A DNA stretch of 64,000 nt from Octopus sinensis (taxonomy: Eukaryota): contig NC_043012.1 of NCBI RefSeq assembly GCF_006345805.1, positions 22,010,001 through 22,074,000 of the forward strand, in the 5' to 3' direction. The translations under genes and the position numbers were made by a program. The notes under the pieces were generated by a model. That model was not told where the DNA came from. It ran no database searches and saw only the letters and a program-made list of their open reading frames with translations. Shown here one piece after another: positions 23,445 to 33,934 of the stretch. Positions within the stretch are counted from its first letter, which is position 1. Every line of letters starts with the position of its first letter.

Positions 23445-24491
23445 CATACATACATACATACATACATACATACATACATACATACATACATACACGCATA
23501 CATACACACAGATATACATGCATACAGAAAAGTATATAAAGATTAAAACAGAAACACTGACAGATTGGATGCAAGATTTTTTAGCTTCTTTCAAAACACA
23601 CCAAACTGCATTTATTACAAGAGACAATATATGTTCAAAATAGTGTGTGTGTATGTGTGTGTGTGTATTTGTGTGTGTGTGTGTGTGTGTGTGCGTGTGT
23701 GTGTGTGTGTGTGTGTATTTGTGTCTGCGATAGAGGCTTGATTCTCTGCGTATGTCCTCTTATTTGGGTGTCTGTTCGTGTTACGCAATGTCAAAATGGC
23801 ACTTTTTTTTCTTATATACATATGCGCGTATATATTCCGCGATCATACGCAAACGCATGCATCCGTGTTCGTGCACACAAACTCATGCGGTCGCATACGT
23901 CTGGGCTGATATCCTGATATGTGTATTTATGCATGTATGTTTGTGCATCTGTATTGCATATACATTCAGGATTGTTGTGCAGACGTCCTCCTCTCTGTCT
24001 CTCTTTCTCTCTGTATTGGTCTGTCTGTCTGTCAGCGGCCCTACAGTTTTTTGTGTACGCATGTGCGTGTGTGTGCGCACGCATGTGTAGAGTGTGTGTG
24101 TAAGCACGTATGTTCTTGTGTGTGTGTGTGTGTGTGTGTGCATGCACGTATGCACCTGTATGTGTGTATGTGTGTATGTGTGTGTGTGTACGTAATTGTG
24201 TGTGCCCGGTCACATACGAGTGTAAATAATGGGTATGCAAGTATATGTGTAGTGGAATGGTGCTACAGTGTCAATTACCAATTCTACATAATCAAACTGA
24301 TTTAACAATGTTGAAAGATTAATTAGAGAAGGTTTGAAGAATACCTAATGCCATCAAATTAAACAGGATGTCAGGTTAAATGTCTTGAGGGTCGATAACG
24401 TTTAATAGGCGATAGTGCTTGAGATAACGATAAATATACTTACACATGTATGTGCGTATACATACATATAACATAAATATATATATGTACG

Positions 24492-24568
<77 letters not shown>

Positions 24569-24955
24569 AATATATAGAGAGAGAGAGATATGCTTGTGTG
24601 TGAGTGTATATATATATATATATAATATATATAATATATATATGCATGTGTTATATATAAATGTATACATATATAACCATGTGTGTATTAAACGAGAGAG
24701 AGAGAGAGAAAAAGAGAAAGTGAAAAAGAGACTAAAACACAGAGTTTAAAATAAGCGTTTAAAATCCCGAGGTGAATAAACTGGTCAACTTACGGACTCG
24801 TTCTAACATTGATTATCCTTTTGTTAATAGGGACTTCGAAGTTTAGTCTGTGGTGAGATATTCCAAATTGACAGTTTGAATGAGTGAGCGGCGAAACTTC
24901 GAAGAGTATAAAAACAGACAGACAGACAGACACGCATATATGCGCGTATATACAG

Positions 24956-25130
24956 GGCGGCTAGCTGGCAGAATCGTTACTGCGAGACAGAATGCTTAGC
25001 GGTGCTTACGTTCTGAGATCAAATTCTGCTGAGGTCGACTACCGTTCATTATTTCGAGGTCAATGAAATAAGTACCCATGGCGCACTGGGATCCTTGTAA
25101 TCGCATTGCCTCCCCTTCCAAAATATCATC
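24956..25130 (+). mobile_element. Degenerate Nin/Deu-domain-type SINE
   Basis: GGCGGCTAGCTGGCAGAATCGTTA..TTCTGAGATCAAATTC..GAGGTCGAC..AATAAGTACC. Confidence 0.7.
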
Positions 25131-25343
25131 CCTTATGCCTACAATGGAAGGGTATGCATATATGTATGTGACAGCGGACCTTAATCCGAAGGGTTACTCT
25201 ATACTTTTGTTGAGTACAAATTTATCATTCTTAAACAAGAACATTATTCAAAATGTCTTCGAAGTTTCAACCAGTTAAGTAGTATGATGATGGTTTAACT
25301 GCCCGGAGCTTCGAAGTCACTTTCAAAAATATTCTATTTAACA

Positions 25344-25382
<39 letters not shown>

Positions 25383-25521
25383 TGGAAAAAACCACCTTTT
25401 AGCAACTCAATAAGGAAAAAGTAAATTATATTCCCTAATATTATATATAATATGATATATATATATATATATATATATAATATCTAATAAATAGATATAT
25501 ATATATATATATAGATATTAT

Positions 25522-25597
<76 letters not shown>

Positions 25598-25983
25598 GGC
25601 GCAGAGAGTGGCTTGTGGTAAGTAGCTTGCTAACCAGCGCATGGTCCGGTTCAGTCCCACTGCGTGGCATCTTGGGCAAGTGTCTTCTACTATACCCCGA
25701 GCCGACCAATGCCTTGTGAGTGGATTTGGTAGACGGAAACTGAAAGTTTATATAAGTGTGTGTGTATATTTGTTTGTGTGTCTGTGTTTGTCCCCCTAGC
25801 ATTGCTTGACAACAGATGCTGGTGTGTTTACGTCCCCGTCACTTAGCTGTTCTGCAAAAGAGACCGATAGAATAAGTACTGAGCTTACAAAGAATAAGTC
25901 CCGGGGCCGATTTGCTCGACTAAAGGCGGTGCTCCAGCATGGCCGCAGTCAAATAACTGAAACAAGTAAAAGAGTAAAAGAGT
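25598..25983 (+). mobile_element. CORE-SINE, same subfamily as 22952 and 50964
   Basis: Diagnostic GGCATCTTGGGC, CCAATGCC and TAGCATTGC. It has several single-base deletions. Confidence 0.88.
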
Positions 25984-26013
25984 ATATGTGTGTGTGTGTG
26001 TGTGTGTGTATGT

Positions 26014-26314
26014 GGAGGCGCAATGGTCCGGTTGTTAGGGCAGCGGACTCGCGGTCGTAGGATCACGGTTTCGATTCCCAGACCGGGCGTTGTGAGTGTT
26101 TATTGAGCGAAAACACCTAAAGCTCCACGCAGCTCCGGCAGAGGGTGGTGGCGATCCCTGCTGTACTCTTTCGCCGCAACTTTCTCTCACTCTTTCTTCT
26201 GTTGGCCTGCTCGTTTAGCCAGCGGGGTGGCGTCATTTGAAGGCTAAAACAATGCGAAGCGCATTGTGACCAGCGATGTGTATCAACATCTGATAGCCTG
26301 GTTGATCACGTGAT
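26014..26314 (+). mobile_element. tRNA-derived SINE family 3 (GGAGGCGCAATGG head), tail R
   Basis: A-box and B-box (GGTTTCGATTCC), shared body TTTATTGAGCGAAAACACCTAAAGCTCCACG..CTTTCTCTCACTCT, and tail TGTGACCAGCGATGTG..GATCACGTGAT. Confidence 0.88.
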
Positions 26315-26315
26315 T

Positions 26316-26353
<38 letters not shown>

Positions 26354-26788
26354 TAAATTAAATGAGACAACAAAGCCAAGGCTGTGTGGAATTTTCAGGA
26401 CATTTATGCATAACTAGAAGGGAAATCCATATTTACTTTAGTAAATACCTAAATGTCGTTATATAATGTTTGCATACAGTCGCACTATCACCGACCCTAC
26501 CTTGGTGCTGTCACTATTTAAATACCTGGTTCTCTTGAATCCTGAAAATTATATATATATATATATTCACAAACGTCTCAAAAAGTAAATAGACATAATT
26601 TTTGAAAGTTTTATTTCTAGAAACCAAAGAATGTCATTTGATGCGTTTAAATACTTCATCTAGACTTTTGTAGACATGCCCCGTGCGTCAAACTCTAAAA
26701 AGATTGAAGCATCAGGTCGTCCCACACACACATCAAATGGTATGACAGGAGATAGCTATTTACTTTAGAGATATTTGTGCATGAAATA

Positions 26789-26851
<63 letters not shown>

Positions 26852-26966
26852 GAGGTGGGGTAGTATTGGAGATAAATACAGTTAGGCATCATATACGTGT
26901 ATTTACATGGAACACAAATATTGAATAAAAGCACAGAATAAGATAAGAAAATAGATAATTTCGAAA

Positions 26967-27101
26967 CTCGACACCTGTTTCAGGAAGTTCGGAGTTACAT
27001 AATAATCATAATCCTAAACTGCAGACGAAACGTGTAAAGTCGTGCTTATGTAACCCGTAACAATATGAAGATATTACAATCAGTCCGGTTTCCCTCATCA
27101 A
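26967..27101 (-). ncRNA. Degenerate minimal hammerhead (C3>U) with a long stem II loop
   Basis: TTGATGA-GGGAA..TTCCT-GAAAC-AGGT-GTC-GAG on the minus strand. Confidence 0.4.
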
Positions 27102-27358
27102 GATAAGATTGGCATACATTATATATATATATATATATATATATAGATATATATATTCTTTTACAGTCATTAAACTTTAGCCATGCATCGGTATTGCCTT
27201 GAAAAGTTTAGTGGAAGAAATCAACTCCAATAGAGTTTTAAGACAGGTATTTATTTTGCCAGTCTCTCTTTGATGAACGGGTACGTAAGCAAACAATCCC
27301 CTAATGTCAGGCGGTGGTTGGAGAGTAGTATAAACGCAGACATCCACACACACATACG

Positions 27359-27395
<37 letters not shown>

Positions 27396-27553
27396 ACACA
27401 CTCATATGCGACGGGGTTCTTTTATTTTCTGTCTACCAAATCCTCTTACGAGGTTATGTTCGGCCCAAGGTGTCACGCAGTGGGAGTGAACCCAGAAACA
27501 TGTAGTTAGAAAGCAAGCTTTTTACTACACTGTTACGCGCGCCTATATATACA

Positions 27554-27627
27554 CAGAGGTGGCCAAAATTCACTTTACCCATTTTTTTATTATTAGAAAT
27601 GGGTAAAGTGACTTCTGGCCATCCCTC
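27554..27627. mobile_element. Mini fold-back MITE (Tc1/mariner-like ends)
   Basis: A perfect 15-bp stem (TCACTTTACCCATTT / AAATGGGTAAAGTGA) extends imperfectly to GGTGGCC / GGCCATCC. TA repeats lie nearby on both sides. Confidence 0.6.
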
Positions 27628-27659
<32 letters not shown>

Positions 27660-27693
27660 TGTATGTATGTATGTATGTATGTATGTATGTATG

Positions 27694-28241
27694 TTAGTTA
27701 GGTCACTTGAGTGCTACTGTAACGTGTACCCAGTACTACCTGTTGCTGCATGGTCGGGTCGTCGGCGACTAAACCGGCAACCCCACCAGCTCGCTTGGTG
27801 AGGAGAGTGTTTATTGGTCACCCTGGGGATGAAAACAAACCCTCAAAGGGCGGAGGAACACTTGAGAGTCAACGACCATCCAATAAATGTCTTAAAGCTG
27901 TATCATGCGCGGGGACATAGAAATAATCGGATTGAATACCCGATCGCGCAGGTAAACCATTGGGAGTGAAGACTCCTAGCTTTGTCAGGGCGTCCTTCTT
28001 GGAGAAGGCAACTCAGGTAACTGGGATAACTCCGACATAAAACCTGCGGCTCAGTGGTTACCGATGATGTTGACTTGTTCTTCTTTTCGGATTATAGCTG
28101 CTGTTGCTTAGTGAGTGGGATTGACTCAGTGCACAGCCTTTCCTCACTTAAAAAAATATCTTCTTGCACAGGCATTGCACGATAACAACATTGATTAAGC
28201 TTCGTGCAATGGCCATACTCGATAACGAGGAGGCAGCCACC
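27694..28241 (+). mobile_element. ORF-less bipartite RTE derivative (5' UTR-like part plus RTE 3' tail), flanked by (TATG)n
   Basis: The last 42 bp (28198-28239) match the RTE 3' UTR at 2326-2367 at 41/42. The 5' part has RTE-UTR-like blocks (GGGCGTCC.TCTTGGAGAAGGCAACTC..AAACCT). (TATG)n lies at 27631-27693 and 28242-28254. Confidence 0.65.
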
Positions 28242-28379
28242 ATGTATGTATGTACGATAGTCAAAGTTAGATGTCTTACTAGAACTGATAAGTACAGAAA
28301 GTATAGAGATGTGATAGCTGAGCTAATGAAACTCTACTTTAGGTAATTCGGACATTTTTGTTTTGACGTGTAGAGTCTT

Positions 28380-28597
28380 GTTACCATGGTAGCCACCTGT
28401 TTCGTTACAGGACATGTTTGTAAAGATGCAATAGCGATGAAGATAAATTGCAGTATGTCCGTGTGAGTGTGTGCTTGTGTTCGCGTGAGCGTGCTGTGCG
28501 TGAGCGTCTGTTTGAAAGGAGAGTTGGTTTTCTTCTGGAAAGAGAGAGCGAACCCAAAATAGAGAGAAAGGAGAAGAAAAGGATAGGTATTTATATA
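28380..28597 (-). promoter_or_regulatory. Candidate minus-strand promoter or regulatory island (TATA box and RFX X-box-like palindrome)
   Basis: Non-repetitive island with TATAAATA on the minus strand at 28588-28595 and GTTACCATGGTAGC at 28380-28393. Motif evidence only. Confidence 0.25.
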
Positions 28598-29239
28598 GCA
28601 GAGAGCGTGATGGAGAGAGATTCTGCGAACGAGAGGTCGTCCGTTTCAGTGGCTGGCAGGGTGGGGGCAATGAGAGCGGATATTCAAATGTAAATACAAA
28701 GATAAAATGATATTCAGCGTTGAAATGAATGTGGTGGAAAGATAGATATAAAGAGGGAGGGAGGGAGGGAGGAGGAACTACAGAAGTGGGAGAGGTAAAA
28801 CGTTACTGATAAGGATGAAGAGATATCCGAGTTTTGTACATATGCATGTGTGTGTGTGTGTCTTTATGTATGCATGCGTTTATGTGCAAGTGTGTGTGCT
28901 TTTGCTTATACTTTTGTATATATAATTAAAAACACGGCCTTTCGTACAATCTCCTTGGTTTCTGATGCACACACACTCCGATATTAGACTATTTAACTCA
29001 GTCAATGCTAGGTGATCGCTTATAAGCTTATACATACATACATATATATGTAAACGACGGGTTTACTTTTAAATTTCCGTCTAACAAATCCTCTCACAAG
29101 GCTTCCGAGGCTATAGTAGAAGACTCTTACCCAAAGTGCCACACCGCAGGACTGAACCCTGAACCATGTGGCCGAGAAGCAAGATTCTACACAGTCACGC
29201 TGCGCCTATACTGGAACATTCCTATCCAACTTTTACTAA

Positions 29240-29515
29240 GTGCAAGCATAACAAGTCGGATATTGTTATTTGGGACAGACAAGAAAAAGTATGAACCGTT
29301 ATAGAGAGCAACTTCTGATGTGGATATCTCTTCGAAAGAGAAAGAGAAAGGGAGATAACAACGGATAACTGCTACGAAACTTAAGGCTTCGATATCCAGA
29401 TCATAAATTCTCATTTACACCAATGATAATTGGTGCATTTGGTTTTGTAAGTAGATGCCTAAATGACAATGTGGATATGCTAGGGTTTGCAGAAAAACAA
29501 ATCAATCGACTCGAA
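29240..29515 (+). mobile_element. RLE endonuclease domain fragment, family C
   Basis: TKCKHNKSDIVIWDRQEKV*TVIE and RYPDHKFSFTPMIIGAFGFVSRCL..LGF resemble the PD-(D/E)xK domain of R4/Dong elements. Confidence 0.7.
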
Positions 29516-29692
29516 CATTACACATACACTTTGAAAGCGGAACAGCAAAAATATGCAAGACTCTTCTCAAGTTTAAAGTGTGTCTTCGTTCCTATTATCT
29601 ACCTTCCAACAATGGAGTTTTTGTATGTTCGTTAGGAACCAGAACTTTCCTTACAGGAAGATTTTTAAATAGTGAAAAGCTGAAGACAACAT

Positions 29693-29751
<59 letters not shown>

Positions 29752-29778
29752 GCAACACACACACACACACACACACAC

Positions 29779-29813
<35 letters not shown>

Positions 29814-30182
29814 CGTGTCTAACAACAGAAACAACTGTTGGAACAATTAATATTTTAACATATTGCCGAGCACAGCACAAGTCTCTCCACAATATCCAGA
29901 ATACATTGGTTGATCGCCTGTGTAACAATGGCGTTCTTAATTCGTCCCGCTGTCGCAACACTTAACATTTCTCCATTCCCTCTTTCTCTCTCTTGTTTGT
30001 TAAAGCAACGTTCCGCTTGGTTGACACAAACAGCATCTGATGAAGTTGAAAACCTCCGGCAACAAACAGACGAGATTGGGAAAAGATGTGGACGTGTGAG
30101 GGATGTGACTATATTGAGAGAAACAAGGAAAAAAGGTGAAGAACGAGAGAAAGAGAGTGAGAGAGAGAGAGAGAGAGAAAGA

Positions 30183-30398
30183 AAGAGAGAGAGGAAACTG
30201 GTGAAAAGGGAGAAAGAGGGAGAGACAGACGGACAAGAAGGGAGCCAAAAGGGAGAGACAGAAAAAGGAGAGGAAGAGATAGAGAGAGAGAGAAAGAGAG
30301 AGGAAACTGGTGAAAAGGGAGAAAGAGGGAGAGACAGACGGACAAGAAGGGAGCAAAAAGGGAGAGACAGAAAAAGGAGAGGAAAAGATAGAGAGAGG
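30183..30398. repeat. ~109-bp tandem duplication within a polypurine tract
   Basis: GAGGAAACTGGTGAAAAGGGAGAAAGAGGGAGAGACAGACGGACAAGAAGGGAG starts at 30191 and at 30300. Confidence 0.9.
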
Positions 30399-30724
30399 AA
30401 AGGGGCGAGGGAGAGAGAGAAAGGACGTGAAGAGAGAGTAAGAGACAGCGAGCGTGAATATGAGAGAGAGAAAAACAGAGAGTGTTAATATGAGAGAAAG
30501 AGAAAGCAAGAGAGTGAGAGATGAGGTAAAAATGAGAAAGAGAGTAAGAAATGTTTGAAGGTGAGTGTGAAAAGCCAAATGGAAGAAGAATGAAAGGATG
30601 GGGAGGGAGGAGAGGCAAAAAGAATGAAAGAAAAGGCAAGGAAAGAAAAAAGAAAGTATCAGATACAAAAAGAAGGAAAGAAAGACAAAAGAAATGAAAA
30701 GAAAAAGTGAGGAGAGAGAAATGA

Positions 30725-30822
30725 GATAGATAGATAGGTAGGTAGGTAAGTAGGTAGATAGGTAGATAGATAGATAGATAGATAGATTGATAGATAGGTA
30801 GATAGATAGATAGACAGATAGG

Positions 30823-30894
<72 letters not shown>

Positions 30895-30959
30895 CAGATA
30901 GATAGATAGATAGATATATAGATAGATAGATAAATAGATAGATAGATAGATAGGTAGGG

Positions 30960-31005
<46 letters not shown>

Positions 31006-31056
31006 GTAGATAGATAGATAGATAGATAGGTAGATAGATAGATGGATGGATGGATG

Positions 31057-31103
<47 letters not shown>

Positions 31104-31105
31104 AT
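30725..31105. repeat. (GATA)n/(GATG)/(GATT)n microsatellite
   Basis: Read directly. Confidence 0.95.
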
Positions 31106-31404
31106 GTTAGAAATGTGTGAGTGTGACTGTGTGTGTATGTGTGTGCCTGTGTGTGAAAGACAGAGAGTGAGAGAATATAAGAGTTATAGAAGCAAAGAAA
31201 GGCAGTGATAGGAAGAGGTGCGGTGAAAGAGAAAACATTGAACTACAAAAGAAATAAAGTAGGTAAAACAAGAATCAAAATAAAGGGATTTGAGAAAGAG
31301 AGAAAGAGATTGGTGGGGGATGGGGTCACTGGAACGAATAACGTTTCAATATTCTCAGTTTTATAGACAACCGACATAAATCTATTTTCTATGTTTTATG
31401 TTTT

Positions 31405-31785
31405 GTTTCAGTCATTGGACTACGGCCATGTTGGGGCACCGACCTGAAGGATTTAGTCGAACAACTCAACACGAGTATTATTTTTTAAGTCCAGTACTTA
31501 TTTTATCGGTTGCTTTTGCCGAACTGCTACGTTACATGGACCTAAGCAGCCCAACACCGCTTCTCAAACTATGGCTGTGGATAAACAAATGCCACAACCC
31601 CCACCCACACACATACATATACGACGGGCTTCCACACAGTCTCCTTCCACCAAATTCGTCGCTAGTCATTGGTAGGACTCAGGGGTATTATAGAAGACAT
31701 TTGCTCGTATTGCCACGCACTTAAACTGAACCCGAAACCACTTGGTCGGAAAGAAAGCTTCTTAACCACAGAACCATAACTGTGG
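31405..31785 (-). mobile_element. Degenerate full-length CORE-SINE
   Basis: TTTCAGTCATT..CGGCCATG.TGGGGCACC tail and GAACCCGAAACCA..TTAACCACA head, reversed. Confidence 0.7.
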
Positions 31786-31968
31786 CTATTCCAATAATTT
31801 CTGTATAATTTTTTTTCCAATAGTGTTTTTAAGATAAAAGTCACCGAAAGGGCGGTGAACTGGTAGAGTCGTTAGGGCGTCAGGCAAAATTCTTAGTAGC
31901 ATTTCATTTTATCGCTGTACATATTGGAAAGAACTATGTAAATGACCAAAGAACTATGTAAGTGACCA

Positions 31969-32185
31969 AAGGGCGGTCATCTGGCATATTCGTTGGCGTG
32001 CCGGACAAAATGCTTAGCGGCATTTCTTCCAGTTCTTTGCGTGCTGCATTCAAATTCCGTCGAAGTCGACTTTATCTTTTATTCGTTCGGGGTCAATAAA
32101 ATGAGTGCCAGTCAATGCTTTGGTCGATGGAATCTTACCCCTTTCCGTTAAAATCTCTGGCCTTATCGCCAAAATTTGAAACTGT
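31969..32185 (+). mobile_element. Degenerate Nin/Deu-type SINE
   Basis: AAATGCTTAGCGGCATTTC..TTCAAATTCCG..GTCGACTTT..GGGGTCAATAAAATGAGT..AAAATTTGAAAC. Confidence 0.7.
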
Positions 32186-32437
32186 TATGAAAGTGGTCGA
32201 GTACAACATGTTACTAAGTTCAAGCGAAAAGAAAAGAAATCTTTGATAAGGACGATTGTTTAGAGCTTCAGTTTGGTGGTATATCTTTTATTGTGACATG
32301 CAGTATAGTGTGACTGTTGTTATTGTCACTATATTTATAATATACGAATAGTATTTCACTTGTAATTTTGTACTCTTGTTACATACAGCTTTTTGCCAGC
32401 TTTTCTGGGTTTTTTTCAAATTCATTTGTTTTGTTAT

Positions 32438-32823
32438 TAGTGGAAACACTCCGTCGGTTACGACGACGAGGGTTCCGGTTGATCCGAATAAACGGAACAG
32501 CCTGCTCGTGAAATTAACGTGTAAGTGGCTGAGCACTCCACAGACACGTGCACCCTTAACGTAGTTCTCGGGGATATTCAGCGTGACACAGAGAGTGACA
32601 AGGCCGGCCCTTTGAAATACAGGTACAACAGAAACAGGAAGTAAGAGTGAGAGAAAGTTGTGGTGAAAGAGTACAGCAGGGATCACCACCATCCCCTGCC
32701 GGAGCCTCGTGGAGCTTTAGGTGTTTTCGCTCAATAAACACTCGCAACGCCCGGTCTGGGAATCGAAACCGCGATCCTACGACCGCGAGTCCGCTGCCCT
32801 AAACACTGGGCCATTGCGCCTCC
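32438..32823 (-). mobile_element. SINE family 3 with tail Y and an 11-bp TSD
   Basis: TSD TGTTTTGTTAT at 32427-32437 and 32824-32834. Intact head and body. Confidence 0.92.
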
Positions 32824-33934
32824 TGTTTTGTTATATAGTTGTTTCCTGCTGAGATTTATCTCCGTTGTGTGTGTGATTTCGCTCTGTAGGACAGGAGTTG
32901 GCTTTTTTGTTTTAATAAGTTTGGTTATTTCAGGGTAAGTAATTCGGGTTGTATTTTTCATGTTGTTTTGTGGTGTTTTTTTTTTTGTCTGGATTAATCT
33001 TTAATTATTCTATTGAATATATATACTGCAGTGTCGTTTATGTTAATGCTAATGGTGTTGTTAAAGTTCGAAAAGCTTGATGTTTCTTCATGGAACTCAT
33101 TAAGTTTGTAAAAATGTTTTTGTGAATTCTTTTTTGACGTATGAGGGTGACATGATTAAAATTAGTTGGTAGTTGAGGGAAGTTGGAGAATTGTGCACCG
33201 AGTGGTTGTTTTAGAGACATGCATGGAACAGAACGTGATGTTTGTGAAAGATATGTTGTACTTGACTTGGCGAGGTATGCATGTGTGTTGACGTAGGCTT
33301 ATTTTAAAGGATATAAACCGAGTAAAGTTGTGATGCAACCTCTCTTCCTGTCAACATTGTAGCTTTCTCTTGAGAAATTCCTGACGTACCCTTTTAGGGT
33401 GTGTAACGTTATGAGTCGGTTGGTGCGCGCACACGTACACATCACACAACACACCATACAACACACGGGATTATTATAGTAATGCTCTTCGTAAAAATGG
33501 CATGTGGCTTGTTACTACATCATATTAATGAGACCCTGGTTCAACGAGTATTATTTGTGATTTCGTATATAAGAACACGCATTTAAAAGCGGACAGCTTA
33601 GCTGAAAAGAACGAATAGCATGGTACCGTAGGCTGCAGGTAGTAAGCCCGCTACGCATGCAAGGCTCCGGGAGCTCCAAGGAAACCTGTGATAAAGAGAT
33701 GATGATGGTGATGATGATGATAACAGTTTCTTTATTAATCACAAAGGGTTCACGAAAAAACAATCCAGGACAATACAATGTGAAGTTATATAAAAGGCGT
33801 GTAAAAAGTAAAAACAGTAACGAAATGAAATTATAACAATGAAAGGCAAAATCTACCTCGGAGGACGAACGAAATGCCGCTAAGCGCCTTGCCCAATAAT
33901 AATGGTTTCAAATTCAAAGGGATGCCGAAATTCT

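Noticed and set aside
25598-25760. Cluster of single-base deletions in an otherwise young SINE
   Set aside because: The pattern next to a long (TA)n suggests consensus or sequencing error rather than biology; this cannot be verified without reads.
30036-30070. CTGATGA followed by a GTTG/CAAC stem
   Set aside because: G12 of GAAA and the cleavage triplet are missing, so it is not a hammerhead.
33330-33420. Minus-strand peptide LKGYVRN resembling a CACTA/DUF4218 motif
   Set aside because: The match is too short and has no further support.
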